In this document: positions 16,650-30,215 of the stretch, piece after piece
Layout: every line of letters begins with the position of its first letter
Numbering within the stretch: position 1 is the stretch's first letter
Assembly (NCBI RefSeq): GCF_030684315.1
Contig: NC_081391.1
Location: forward strand, 21,536,629 to 21,600,628
Length of the DNA: 64,000 bases
Reading direction: 5' to 3'
From: Stegostoma tigrinum
Taxonomy: Eukaryota
Position numbers and translations under genes: made by a program
The notes under the pieces: generated by a model
What the model was told of the DNA's origin: nothing
Database searches by the model: none
Seen by the model: only the letters and a program-made list of their open reading frames with translations

Positions 16650-16780
16650 ACACACCCACCCCCTCTCTCTAATTGGTGCCTGTATGCATGGGTGGTTCCT
16701 GATTGGCTGTCAGCAATTGTCACTCATCATTGGCTCTGCCTCTCCCTTGGTGAGTGCCGGACGTCCCAGCAGTGTAAATA
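16650..16780 (+). promoter_or_regulatory. Core promoter of ferritin D: CACCC, three inverted CCAAT boxes (16672, 16702, 16729), variant TATA TGTAAATA
   Basis: Homologous to the ferritin C promoter. Confidence 0.65.
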
Positions 16781-16847
16781 CAAGAGCTTGTGGGTGAGAG
16801 GCTCAGTTCTGAAGTTGTCTAGGTGATAGTGAACAGGAATAGTGAAG

Positions 16848-18951
16848 ATGGTTTCCCAAGTGTGTCAGAACTACCACAAGGACTGTGAGGATGCTGTTAA
16901 CAAGCAGATCAACCTGGAGCTCTATTCCTCTTATGTTTATCTCTCCATGGTGAGGCTGGTGGCCCTGATTAAAATTCAGAATGTGATTATATTTGCATTG
17001 AGTCTTTTAAGTGTTTTCTTGACCAAATAATTAGCTCACTTGAATGTTAAGTCTGCCAGTCTTTCTTTGACTGAACCTGATGAACACTTAATGAGGAAAC
17101 CTTTTGTTCCAATGTTTAGAATATATTTTGGGTTTCTGCTGCATGAATGTCCCCAGTTTGCTGTAACTGAACAGCATACCTACTGGTTCCTACTCTCCTA
17201 GCTGTGGAAGGCTGGTCTGGCTCAAAATGTGTTTGGTTTTTTACTTCTTGTAAAACAAGCCTAATTAACCAGGCTGTTGAAATCTGAGTAAGCTTATTAA
17301 CTATTCAACATGAAAGTAGCTAGGTGTGGTACACTTTTTTCACTTGAAATGTGAATGTTTTAAATATACAGTTAGAATTCTGTGTGGAGTAGATGGTAGG
17401 ACACTGGGATTATTCAGGTGGGTGATGTTGTTCGTGTGGTAGCTGACAGACTGATTACTGTATTAATCAACACATTTCCTACTGAAACACAGGGCAATGT
17501 TCTGACTGTGTCTTCTAGCACTGAGCAATAGGGCTTTTAATGAGCCTTGCAGGTTCAAGTCTAATGGCTGTGCCCCACCTGTGACCTTCATATTCCAGCA
17601 TACTGGACTTATGCACTCTGTAACCACGATACAGGTCAAGGTTACATTTGTGCTTTTGACTTGTTTGGGGTTTTTTTTCCCCTCCTTAAGTAAGATCAAG
17701 TGTCACTGGGTTAGTTCCTGGCTTAAGTTCTGTGGGTGAAAGTGAGACTCAACTCCCCTCTTTTTGTGTTTTACTTTTACAGTTCTCTTACTTTGACCGG
17801 GATGACGTTGCCCTGCGTCACTTTGCTGAGTTCTTCATGGAGCAGTCCCATGAGGAACGGGAACACGCTGAGAAACTGATGGCATTCCAGAATAAACGTG
17901 GAGGCCGAGTCCTCCTGCAGGACATCAAGGTTGGGGTCTTAATTTGGCTTTCTTTCTACTAGATTAGAAATAACGCTATTCTGTCTGGATTTGAGGTGAC
18001 TTAACTCCAGATAATGGCAATTCCAAACTGATGCCCTGTTAGCCCCTTCTCTTGCATCTTTACTGGATTGAATGCTCACTAAAAAAATGACCACCTCTTC
18101 TCTTCTGTTCTGCCATCAGAAGCCAGAGCAGGATGAGTGGGGCAATGGCCTGGAGGCAATGCAGATAGCTCTGCAGATGGAGAAGGATGTGAACCAGAGT
18201 CTGCTGGACCTACACAAACTCGCCTCTGGCCACATGGACCCTCATGTGAGTTTGTCATGCTCGTGACCCATGAGGAAAGCTTCAGATTACTGCTGGAAGG
18301 TGACTCTGTCCTTTTATAGCTGTACTTCTGAATGAAGCTAAACTACCTAAATTCAAACATGTAATTGAACAGGTGTTCATAAGCAGACATAACTGAAAGC
18401 TGTATCTAGCAGCATCTGTAGACAGAAAGCAGGTAATGTTTTGGGCCCAGCAACCTTTCAGAACACTTCCTCCCTTTTAAGGTAGGGTTGCTAAATTGGA
18501 AACACGAATAATCCCTCTCCTCAGATGCTGCCAACCTGCTGAGCTTTCCAAAAACTCTTTTGCTCTAGAGGCTGCAGTCCTTCCAGTTTTAACTTTTTTT
18601 TAAACTTGTACAGTCTAGCAGATTTCAGCCACTATTGCTACTGTTATAGAGCAGTGACTTTGTTTAGTGCCATGTCACAAGTGACTTGTGACTCCCTGGA
18701 TATGACTCTCTACTAGCTGGCAAGAGCATGCTGTATTAACTTGTCTCTTAGTTTTAAAACCTTGTTTCCAAAAGTCTGCTCACTTTTCTCCTTCACAGCT
18801 GTGTGACTTCCTGGAGAGGCACTACCTGGATGAGCAAGTGAAGATGATCAAGAAGCTGGGAGATCACATCACCAACCTGAAGAGACTGGGAGCCCCTGAC
18901 AATGGCATGGGAGAGTACCTGTTTGACAGGCTCACCCTGGGGGAAGAGTGA
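16848..18951 (+). CDS. Ferritin D, M/H-type subunit, 175 aa; exons 16848-16949, 17783-17929, 18120-18245, 18799-18951
   Basis: Complete spliced [15 protein letters not shown]...[12 protein letters not shown]; ferroxidase ligands intact; AATAAA at 19122-19127. Confidence 0.95.
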
Positions 18952-21504
18952 CTGAACTGCCTGCAAGGAGCAGGACCATATCTGGGGTGGGGAAGATATA
19001 CATCTTTAAGACTTGAGCAAGCTTGTGGCTTTGCATGTTTTGGGAGCATGTTTGTTTTCAGATTTGGAAGAAAACACTTCAGGTGCTGATGTCTCCAAAT
19101 ACTTTAACTGTATCAAGTAAAAATAAAAGTGCTGGAATATGAAATGGCTTGCTATATATCAAGCAACACGAACCAGTAACTAATCAGTTTTGCCTCCACT
19201 TAAAACACACTCTCTTGCATGAGCTTTACTTCATCTTCTACATCCTTTTGCGCATGAAGGAGTTACAGTTTGTCCAAGTTCTGAAGCCTCTTGAGCCGCC
19301 TTTGCCACTTTTTTAACACCCAAAAAGTAGATGAGCTATTTGTCTGTCTGCCATGTTTTCCATTCAATCTTCCACATTGACAGGATGTGTAACTAGTTTC
19401 AAGTTTAATTACGATTTCCCAATTAACCAAAAGGTTGCGTCAACCCTGATGTGGATCTGGAGTCACATGTAGGTCAGACCAGGTTAGTTGGTTTTTTCTT
19501 TTTTTTAAAAAATGCAAGTGTAAATTATCTGGTTGGCTTAATGACCAAGCAGTTGCATCGTTGCTATTAACATTGCATTTTTTTTTTGGTAAACATGACC
19601 TTATTCCTTGGTGGGAATTAATGTCTCAAGAATATTTGTCTTGAGCTCCACGTTGAGTTAGCCACTACCACTCCATCATCCCTGCCCTAAATCAAATGGG
19701 GCCGATGCTTAAATTCTTGCCTATAAGACAGTTCTGCCCTCTTAGAATTCTCACAATGGGTTTTCCTTTCCTGCTTCTGTTAGCTAAACTAAGGCCAGCT
19801 TTCAATTCTATTGTAATTAGTAGCAAATGCCACTAACACTTCAGTGGCTATGACTTTCTCTCCTGGGAGAAGATGCCCCCTGCCAATTTCCTGTTGCAGA
19901 CAGGAAAACACTAATCATTAAGCTCTCAGGTGCTGAGATGAAGTGGCTCCCATTTAACAATCTGTTGCATTTCCTTTCCCCCATCCCTTATCTTTCAATG
20001 TATTCACAAATATTTAGAGCACTCTTAACCAGACTTCAAGCTTACTGTAAAATATGAAGTAATATTGAAACCAATACAAATTGTTTTAATTGAACCATCT
20101 CATTGATTTCAGTAAATGGAACTTTTGTCCTCAAATTGCCAGTATGAACTTTTTTTTTCATTGCAGTGTAGGTGTTCAATGGCTGTTATTCCTGGTCCTA
20201 ACAGACTAGGGGTTGCAATCACTTTTTTTTGGTCTTTTCAGCTCGATCTTCTCCAAAAGGATCCTGCACTCAAACAGGATATCACCTGCTGATGAGGTGC
20301 AGGGAATGATGTTAAAAGGAGAAAGTTGAGCTTAGTCAGCCTCCAATCTTTCTCAGCCCATTCTCATTTGTTATTTTTTTTCCCTGACTTAGTTAAAGTC
20401 AAATTCCATATGGAATTTGTTTCTGGTGTGTTGATGCTGGTCTTTGACTACAGCAGTCAAAGTCACAACACCAGATGACGGAGCAGCACTTGGCTTGTGA
20501 TTTCAAATAAATCTATTTGGTCTATAACCTGATACTATGTTTCTTACTTCAGCATCTTTGTTTTTTTTTTCCTTATTTTAAAAGTTGGAATAAAGTTTGT
20601 TCATCAGAACTCCAGGATCCCAGTCCAACACCACGATGGTATTCAAAACTCATCAGAAATGTGTTTAAATTTTTTTAACATCCTGCTTAAAGTTTAATGC
20701 TTTTTGAGTTGAATAACTAGTTAATTGGTTCAAATTCCAAATGAGTAATATCCTGTTTGCCCCACCCCCTCTTCAGGTTGGCCAGCTTTGGATATGCTTC
20801 ATCTATCAAAGGTTTTATAGCTGTTGCCTTCACTTTTTTAATTGACTACTTGATGGTTATTTGGTTTGAGTGGATATAATTGCTGGGCATGAGAAGACTT
20901 GACTGGAGAAAATCAAATGCTTCAGGAAAATCTCTAGTGGAGTTTTGATGCATTTTGGCACTTAAATATAAAATATCTAGAGGACAACTGACAATTTGAC
21001 TTAGCCTTTTTAAGGTTTTACCCAGAAAGACAGGTATTTATTCATGCCTCTTTTTGTAAGAAAAGCTTTGATCTGGCAGTGCTCAGGGGATTGGACAGCT
21101 TACTACTTATCCAGTCCTACTATCTGCTTAATCTTTTTGGCCAAGTCAGACCCTCTAATCCCTGAACAGAATCCCCAACTAAACTAGTCCCACCTACCTG
21201 TTCCTGATCCACATCCCTCCCAAACTTCTTTATTCATGAAATTATCCAAATGTCTTGTCAACATTGTATCTGTACCTGCATCCCTACTTCCTCTGGAAGG
21301 TATGACACAAATTACCCTTGGTAATAAAAATTACCCCTCTGGCTTTTAAAGTCTTGCTCCTAGCACCTTAATATGCCCCTCGTCTTGATGTCTTTCCCAG
21401 CCTGGGGGAGTAATGCTACCTTTTAACTCTAACTCTACTTTTTCATGCAGTGGCCTTCACGGGTCCTCTTAAGCATGGTGGTCCTTGACTGCGTGACCCA
21501 ATTT

Positions 21505-21735
21505 AAAACCAAAAGAACTGCAGAGGCTGTAAATCAAGAACAGAAACAAAGTTGCTGGAAAAGCTCAGCAGGTCCGGCAGCATCTGAAGAGAAAACAATT
21601 AACATTTTGGGTTTGGTGACCCTTCCTCAGCTCAGTCCCGAGGGAAGGAGCACCGGACCCGAAACGATAACTGTTTTCTCCTTCTCAGATACTGCCTGAC
21701 CTGCTGAGTTTTTTTCCAGCAACTTTGTTTCAGTT
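21505..21735. mobile_element. Fold-back mini-element of a second Penelope-like family (similar copy at about 47070-47300)
   Basis: Inverted arms ctggaaaagctcagcagg...cctgctgagtttt around a degenerate CTGAGGA...GAAAC core. Confidence 0.6.
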
Positions 21736-23838
21736 CCTCTGTGGCCAGAAGTTGTGATCGGCAGGAGGCCAGCCCAGTGGACGTCAGTGAGCTCCCTGAT
21801 TAGACCAAGTTAACAGCCTTAATCTGTCAGCCAGGGCTCCTGAAATAAACAAGTGTCAGGGGTTCTTTACACTATGCGCTGGATCAGTCTCAGACCGGTA
21901 ACAGATAGTGGCCCATGGAGTTACTTTACTCATCTTTCTCATGCAGATGACAGCTTTGTACAAGCTGAGTTTGTTGGTATATGAGCAACATACTTGTTTA
22001 CAACAATGGGCTGATCGCTTCCCAGAAAGGAAGCAGAATGCCGAGTTCCAGCTTGGATGTTTGGGCTGTGGTGCTGGGAATGAATCGCCTGTAACAGGGT
22101 ATCATGGTCAGAAATTTTTTTTAGCTTTGTTCACAGCTGTAGGTGTTGCTGACTTTTCCGGCTAGTGAAAAGTTGCTGCCTTGAACCACTATTGCTTGTG
22201 TGGGTAGGGATGAGCAACCACTCTTCTCTTATGAAGTGCCAGACATTGTTCCAGCAACACAAAAGGAACACTGTTTGGAGTCAGATAATAGGAACTGCAG
22301 ATGCCGGAGAATCCGAGATAACAAGGTGTAGAGCTGGATGAACACAGCAGGAAAGCTGACATTTTGGGCAAGAGGGTCTAGGCCCGAAACATCAGCCTTC
22401 CTGCTCCTATGATGCTGCTTGGCCTGCTGTGTTCGCCTTGTTATCACTGTTTGAGGTCAGTGTGGCTTTCACATGGGTTTCTGTGCATCTACCAGCGTCT
22501 TGCTGTATTAACGCACAATTGATGCAGCTTTAGTGAGTAATTCCTGTGTATCTTGGACACTGTCTTTCTTGGTGACCAGTAAGCATTTAAATGTGGATGT
22601 AGTGCCAACTACTTTGGCCTAGGTGGACTCAATTCTCATGTACTGTGGGAGCTATGCTCATCTGGGAAAGTGGAAGGCATATCAAACACTGGCTTGTACT
22701 TTGCAGACGGTGGCAATGCATTCGAAAGTGAGATACCAGTGTAGATTTCCTTGCCTCGGAGTTACTCTTAAATACTGTAGGTATATCAGGATGCATCAGT
22801 TTCTGGTCAATAGTAATAACAGGATGTTGATGGTGGATTTATCAGTAATGCTATTGCCATTGTTTTTAATCTAGCAGTCTTTGAAATTCAAAGCTATGGA
22901 TGCTGAAAATCAGAAAACCAGGAGTGGCTGGAAAATTTCCGGTTCTAATAGTACCTGTGGAGAGAATCCCAAGCTAACGTTTTGGATCCAGTGACACTTT
23001 GGAGCAGGATGATTAAAGTTATTTTCTTCAGGGAAATCTTAGAACCCAGACAGGAAGAAGCAGGCTGTTCCACCCTCAGAGCATCGCAGTCAGGCTCCCA
23101 CTCATACCCTAGCCCTGCATTTTCCCATGGCTAATCTACCTTGCCTGCACCTCTCTAGACACTATGGACAATATAGCATGTCCAATCCACTTATCCTGCA
23201 TAACTTTTGAATTGTTGGAGGAAACTGGAGCAGAAACAGGAGGAGAACATGCAAACGCCACACCTACGTGAGGAAGCAATATTAACCACTATGACACCGT
23301 TTACTGTGTTGTTTGCTCATACTTTATCAGCCTGGGATGAGATGTTGTCCAGGTCTTGCTGCATCTGGTTATAGATAGCTTCAGTTTGTAGGGAGTCCTA
23401 ATAATGCAGAACTTTGCAATCGTCAACAGCCATCCTTACTCTGTGAAGGCACAAAAAAATCTGCACACTCTGGTTCTGTCCAAGAGTTGGCCACAGCAAG
23501 TTCCCAGCTACCCTTGACATCAGGCATTCTGCTCTACTGAGCAATCACTTTCAAATTAGTTCCTCCCATTCACCAATAATCTGAAGCACTTTAGTGTGAT
23601 ATTTAACCCTCTATGCAGGATACAGCAGCCTTCAATAATTATGTACGCTGTGGTTTTAAAAAATATATATAAAATGGTTACACCCTGTAACATCTGGCCT
23701 ATGTAAACTCCATTCACAAAGCCACTTTACCACAAGTGGAGGGTGATTGATTGATTTCAGAAGTGGATGAAATCTACGTACACCTCCAGGCAGCAGAGAG
23801 TTTCAACCAAGAGGTTCAGAAAGGAATTCAGGTTCCAT

Positions 23839-24393
23839 CCGAGATAACAAGATGCAGAGCTGGATGAACACAGCAGGCCAAGCAGCATCAGAGGAGCAGG
23901 AAAGCTGATGTTTCAGGCCTAGATCCTTCTTCAGAAAAAGGGTCTTGGCCCAAAATGTCAGCTTTCCTGCTCCTCTGATGCTGCTTGTCCTGCTGTATTC
24001 ATCCAGCTCCACACCTGGTTATCTCAGATTCTCCAGCATCTGCAGCTCCTAGTACCTCAGGTTCCATGCGTCTTTTCTCCTGCCTGTCTGCTCCTCATCT
24101 AGCCTCCTTGACCTGTCCATCTTCCCTCCCACCTACCTCCTCACTGACCAACCCCCATCCCAACTCCCTACCTACACTCACCTTTTACTGGCTCCATCCC
24201 CACCTCCTTGACCTGTCCGTCTTCTCTCCACCTATCTGCTCCTCTATCCACCTTCTATCATTGCGTTCCCCCCTCTCTATTTATTTCGGAGCCCCCTACC
24301 CCTCCTCCATTTCTGAAGAAGGGTCTAGACGCCAAACGTCAGCTTTCCTGCTCCACTGATGCTGCGTTCGTCCAGCTGTACACCTTGTTATGC
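23839..24393. mobile_element. Two adjacent Penelope pLTR insertions
   Basis: Fold-back copy about 23840-24057, then a single-arm copy about 24080-24392; caggttccat occurs at 23829, 24058 and 24394. Confidence 0.75.
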
Positions 24394-24929
24394 CAGGTTC
24401 CATGTGAGCTGCTGGTTCTACTTTTCCAGCAGGTATTTTTGACTCCTGTACTTTCCCGTCTCATTGTCTTTTGCCACATTGTTCTCCCCATCCTGCCATA
24501 AATCCGTCCCTGCTCTTCGCTTCATTTAAGGGGAGAAGTGCAAGTTTCTGGTGTGGCAGCAGAGTCGCTAATCCTGAGCTACTGGTGGTCAGGGTTCATT
24601 TCCCACTTCCCCCTAAAGCGCAGTAAGGTGATTAGAAATCCATTGACCAAATAATGGATGGGGCATGCTGGCAGGTATAAGGGGAAATACCACTAGAGAC
24701 AAATGGGCCAGATGGTCCATTTCTCTGCTGCTGTTCTGTTCTGTCACATGTGTAATTAATAGCACAAAAGTAAGAAACTTAGCACCCCATTACAGAATGA
24801 AGTAGGAGTGATGGCAATAGTGTCGCTGAAGTAATCCAGACCCCACCCTCATGATCCAGAGAGGCAAATCCCCATGACAGGAAATTACTTAATTCAATTA
24901 ATTTATAAATTGAAACCATAGATTTGGCA

Positions 24930-25167
24930 GAGATAATGGGAACTGCAGATGCTGGAGGATCGAAGATAACAAAGTGTGTAGCTGGATGAACACAGCAGGC
25001 CAAGCAGCATCTTAGGAGCACAAAAGCTGATGTTTCAGGCCTAGACCCTTCATCGGAGAGGATGCTCTCTGATCTTCATCTCTGATGAAGGGTCTAGGCC
25101 CGAAACGTCAGCTTTTGTGCTCCTGAGATGCTGCTTAGCCTGTGTTCATCCAGCTCCACACTTTGTT
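24930..25167. mobile_element. Fold-back Penelope mini-element with 15-bp TSD
   Basis: accatagatttggca at 24915-24929 and 25168-25182; inverted arms; hammerhead core at 25082-25109. Confidence 0.85.
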
Positions 25168-25390
25168 ACCATAGATTTGGCAAGCTAGTTTCAGGAATGC
25201 TGATCATGGAACGAGCATTGATTGCCACTGTTAAAAAATCTATGTTTGTGACTGCTCTGTTCTTGCCCAGTCTGGTTGATGTGTCTCCAGATCCGTAGTG
25301 ATATGGTTGACAATTAACTACCCTCTGAAGTGGTCAGGTGAGCCACTCACTTCAAGGGCAACTTGGAATGGGGTGTGGGTGTAACAATGA

Positions 25391-25945
25391 GGGATGGCAC
25401 GGTGGCTCAGTGATTAGCATTGCTGGATCACAGCGATAGGGACTTGGGTTCGATTCCATCCTCAGGCAACTGTGTGGAGTTTGCGCATTCTCCCAGTGTC
25501 TGCGCGGGTTTCTTCCAGATGCTCCGGTTTCTTCCCACAGTCCAATGATGTGCCAATTAGGTTAGATTGGCCATGCTAAATTATCCATAGTGTCCAGGGA
25601 TGTGTAGCTTAGATAACAAAGTGTGGAGCTGGATGAACACAGCAGGCCATGTAGCATCTTAGGAGCACAAAAGCTGACGTTTTGGGCCTAGACCCTTCAT
25701 CAGAAAAGTGGGAGGGGTAGAGGGTTCTGAAATAAATAGGGGGAGAGGGGGAGGCGGATCAAAGATGGATAGAGGTGAAGATAGGTGGAGAAGAGACAGA
25801 CAAGTTAAAGGGACGGGGATGGAGCCAGTAGAGGTGAGTGTAGGTGGGGACGTTGGGGGATGGATCTGGGTGGGATGCTCTGAGGGTCGGTGTGGACTTG
25901 TTGGGCTAAAAGGCCTGTTTCCACACGGTAGGGAGTTTAAGTCTA
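25391..25945 (+). mobile_element. HE1-like tRNA-derived V-SINE interrupted by a Penelope fragment (about 25611-25850)
   Basis: A box tggctcagtg, B box ggttcgattcc, V-domain gtgtggagtttgc...ctccggtttc...cacagtccaa, CR1-like tail. Confidence 0.8.
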
Positions 25946-27869
25946 GATCTTTAGCCTTGCCAAGAATGCCCCAATCCTAGGGGAAGTATTTCTTTCATAG
26001 CTCGCACAAAACTAAACATGCAGAAATAAAATAAATGCTTGCTATGACAGAAATATCAATGCAGTGAGTTCCAAAATCCACACACCTAATAAGTTGATTG
26101 CAAAATTGGCTACACCCTCCAGCCTTCAGACCCTTGAGTGAAAATCGACTTGACACCCAACAGGCCAAGTGTAATGACAGCTCTGAAGGTGAGGAGAGGC
26201 TAATCATCTGATCTCATAAGAGCTTTGGAAAGTTGAATTGATTTAATGTGAAAGAAGTGGATCTCAGGAAGGCTATCACTTTTAAAAAAATGAAACCGGC
26301 CATCATTTAGGCCTCAGCTGGAGATTTTGAGTTGACTCTGGGCCCTAAGTGGCTTAGGAATGATGCCAAAGCATTGGCAAGGGTCTACTTGAGGTTTTCT
26401 CAAATGGTAGCAGTGACGAAGGAAGAGGACTTCTTTCGAGCAGGTTAAGGGGGAGATTTAAGCAACTTTGAAAATTCTGAAGGAGTAAATGAAGTTTCAA
26501 CTGAGGGGCAAGTAGGTAACCAAAGGTAACTGCCATTATAATCCAAGAGTTGAGGCATTTTTTTTCCCACAACAATTTGCTGTGATTTGGAACATGCTGT
26601 CTGTAACAGCAGTGGACAGAGGTTCAATAGGAGCTTCAAATTAAGAATCAGATACTAAGGTGAAAAGGATAAATATGGAGAACTGTGAGAAACAGCAGAA
26701 AGGAGTGGGACAGTTGTAAAGCTTCTAAATGGGGAAAAATTATCTGAGTGGAATCATTCTGTGCTGTATAATCCTGCAATTTGGATAATGCACCCGGATT
26801 GAAGGGAAAATATATTAACCCCATTGTCAAACAACTTCCTGACCCCATGCCTATCTTTCAGAGTTCAAACATTTCTTGTTCAATTTCAAGTCAATTTATG
26901 ATCATATAGTAAGCCCACACTTGAAAGGTATTTGGTTAATTGCATGTAATTGAGGGTCAGAACATTAAATATATTTATAAATCTGTAGATTTGTCAACTG
27001 CTCGAGCATATGGCATTCTCCAAAGGCTCTTAGTCTATAACTAGAAACTGCAGAAAATAGGTTCAAGGTTTTTGAAACATAGAAGGTTCTCAGGGAACTT
27101 GATAAAGTAGATGTTAAAGTTTGTTTACCCCCTTGCAAGACAATCTATGACCAGAGGACATCATGTCAGAATAAGACATTGCTCATTTAAGACAAAGATG
27201 AAAAGGAATTTCCTCTTTCGGAAGGTAGTGAGTCTGTGGAATTATTTGCCATGGATGATGAAATGCCTGCTTCCAAGAGTGGTTTGATTTCTTGCCCTGC
27301 CAATCCACTTCATGAAGTTGCATTATGACTCACAATTACAGTTGGATCTACTGGCGAATCAGTGCCAGAACGTATAAGGGAACTGGCCAAGTACTGGAAG
27401 ATGAACCTAGAGTAGTTAGATGTTTGATGATGGATGTGGATGTGATGGGCTGAAGGGCCTTATTCCATGCTGTAAAAAAAATCAAAGACTCAAAGGGAAA
27501 GCAGAACATTTTGGATATTTGTAAAATTGTCTGAAGAAGTCCCAGGTAAATGCCTGTTTATGAAGATTTGCAGGAGTAGGTGAGAGCTGTGGGTGACCAC
27601 TGGTACCTGAGAGAATTTCAACACAAGAGGTGTCTCTCAGGGTGTAAAGGACTGTTGTAATGAGGAGCTAACCAGCTGTTCTTCACTTGGCTGTAAGTTG
27701 TGAACTTACTCTTAAGTTGACCCTGAGCTGCCACGAGACTATCATGGAGATCAGACCTAATATGTCACTTACTATTGAATGGAGGTGTAAGAAAAAATTT
27801 CTATTCTATCCATCGAGATCAAATTTAACTTCTGTGAACATATCGGATAGCTCCCTTCCACACTTGGTG

Positions 27870-28540
27870 AAAGCTACATCACAAAAAGTTTTGGGAGTCT
27901 TCATGCATTAATCACAAAAACCCAGCATCAAGAAGCTAGCATTCAGCAGGTAATAGGGAAGGCAGGGAATGTTGGCCTTTATTTCAAAGGCATTGGAATA
28001 GAGAAAACTTGTTATAACTAAGCAAGGTACGAGGCAGATCACAGCTGCAATATTGTAAACTGGCTTTGGGCCCTTTTACCTAAGGAAAGATATTCTGATA
28101 TTGGAAGCAGTCCAGAGAAGGATTACCAGGCTAACCCCAGATATGGACGGACTGTGTTACAAAGAGAGATTAAGTAGGTGAGGACTGTGCTCGTTGGGGT
28201 TTGGAAGAATGAGAGGCATCTTTATTGAGATGAATAAGGTTCTCAGAGGACTTGACCGGTTAGATGTTGAAGGAGAGTCTAGGCCCAGAGGGCATAATCT
28301 TCGAATAAGGGGTCACACATTTAAAACAGATGAGGAGGAATTTCTTCTTTCAGAACGTAGTGATTCTATGGAATTAGTTACCGTGGAGCTGGGTCATTAA
28401 GTATATTCAAGACTGAGATAGACATTTTATCATCAGTAAAGGAATTAAGAATTATGGGGAAAAGGCAGGAAAGTGTTCCCATATTCTCATTGAATGGTAG
28501 AACAGGCTCAATGGGCCGAATGGCCTACTTCCGCTCCTGC
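27870..28540 (+). mobile_element. CR1-type LINE 3' fragment
   Basis: Degenerate RT C-terminus and 3' end gggccgaatggcctacttccgctcct. Confidence 0.7.
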
Positions 28541-28889
28541 GCTATTTGATCTAGGCACTGCCATCATAGACTAATAGCAACAAGGAGATTGATGGCAACA
28601 AATCCATCCAGGGTGTCTCAGATTGTTCTTGTGTTTGTTTAAGGATTCATTATGTTGTACAATTACGTTGGTCTTGCTGGTATCCAACATTATAATAAAT
28701 TCTTGATTTTAATATGCACTGTTCTGCAGCAGCTGTAATGCACCTGTAAAAGCAAATGGATAGCTTCTCTGTCTTTGAATCTCTACTGTCTAAGTATCTT
28801 AAGGCCCCCGTGTTTCAAATAACCAGAAAAACCTATTCCACTTCTAAGGGTATGATAAGGGATCATGTTTCCATTCTCCTCATCTTTTA

Positions 28890-29460
28890 TGTATTCACTC
28901 ATGGGATGTGAGCATCATTGGGTGATAAGTTTGCATCCCTAATTGCCCCTTCAAAAGGTGAAGGTGAGCTGCCCCCTTGAACTGCTGCAGTCCATATGCT
29001 GTAGGTAGACCCATAATGCCCTTAGGGAGGGAATTCCAGGAGTTTGACCCTGCAACAGTGAAGGAACAACAACACATTTCCGAGTCAGGGTGGCTGCAGC
29101 TTGGAGGAGAACTTTCAGGGGGGTGGTGCTCCCATGTATCTGCTGTCCTTGTCCTTCTAGATGAGTGTGGTCATGGGTTTGGAAGGTGCTGTCTATGAGC
29201 CTTGGTAAATTTTCTGCAGTGCACCTTGTAAATAATACACGCTACTGCTACTGAGCATCGGTGGTGGAGGGAGTGGACGTTGAAGCTGGTGAAGGGGGTG
29301 CCAATCAAGTGGTTAACTTTGTCCTGGATGGTGTCAAGCTTCCTGAGTGTTGTTGGAACTGCAGCCATCCAAGCAAGTAAGAAATATTCCATCACACTCT
29401 GACTTGTGCCTTGTAGATAATGGACAGACGTTGGAGTCTGGATGTAAGTTACTTGTTGTG
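28890..29460 (-). mobile_element. CR1/L2-type LINE 3' fragment (second family)
   Basis: Minus ORF reads MEYFLLAWMAAVPTTLRKLDTIQDK; related pieces at about 6940-7130, 13330-13640 and 47370-47700. Confidence 0.7.
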
Positions 29461-29504
29461 GGATTCTTGGCTGTTCAGTTCAGGTTATTGATAAACCATA
29501 GAGT

Positions 29505-30215
29505 ATTGATGAACCCAGGGGTTCAGATGCATGGTTCTTTGAAAGTTGTGTCGCACACAGACTGGTTGGTTGAGAAAGCGTTTAGCACACTAGCCTTTAT
29601 TGCTCAGGCCATTGAGAATAGGATTTGGGACACCATGTTGAGGTTATACAGGAAGTTGGTAAGGCCTCTTTTGGAGTACTGTGTATAATTCTGATTGTCC
29701 TGCTATTGGAAGCATATTATTAAATGGGACATGTTTCAAAAAAGATTTACTAGGATATTGCTAGAACTGGAGGTTTAGGCTATAAGGTGAGGTTGGATAG
29801 GCTGGGACTTTTCTTCATTGGACTGTAGAGGCTTAGGGGTGACATTTTACAGAGGTTTATAAAATCATGTGGGCATGGGTAAGGAGAATAACAAAGGTCT
29901 TTTCCCTAGGGTGGGTGAGTTCAAAATTAGGCAGCATATTTTTAAGGTGAGAAGAGAAATATGTAAAAGGGGCCTGTGGGGCAACCTTTCCACGCAGCGG
30001 GTGGTTTGTGTGTGCAACGAACTGCCAGAGAAAGTGATAGATGCAAGTACAGTTGCAACATTTTATAAAACATTTGGACAGATACATGGATAGGAAAGGG
30101 TTTAGAGGGATATGTGCCAAACACAGGCAAGTGGGACTAGTTTAGTTTGGGATACGTGGTCAGCATGGATGAGTTGGGCTGAAGGCTTTGTTTCCATGTT
30201 GTACGACTCTATGAC
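29505..30215 (+). mobile_element. CR1/HER1-type LINE 3' fragment
   Basis: Encodes MLRLYRKLVRPLLEYCV remnant; ends in a gactctatgac tail. Same family at about 33340-33735, 37300-37830 (-), 44770-45440 (-), 48320-48790 and 58680-59450. Confidence 0.8.

Larger units (their letters stand above)
12032..16847 (+). repeat. Intergenic unit of the tandem duplication (C to D), with extra Penelope and CR1 insertions at about 14975-16241
   Basis: Collinear with 5543-9096 and with 1733-2230. Confidence 0.85.

Noticed and set aside
16820-16840. tgaacaggaa as a relic IRE 3' arm in ferritin D
   Set aside because: No matching 5' arm or CAGUG loop; similarity too short.
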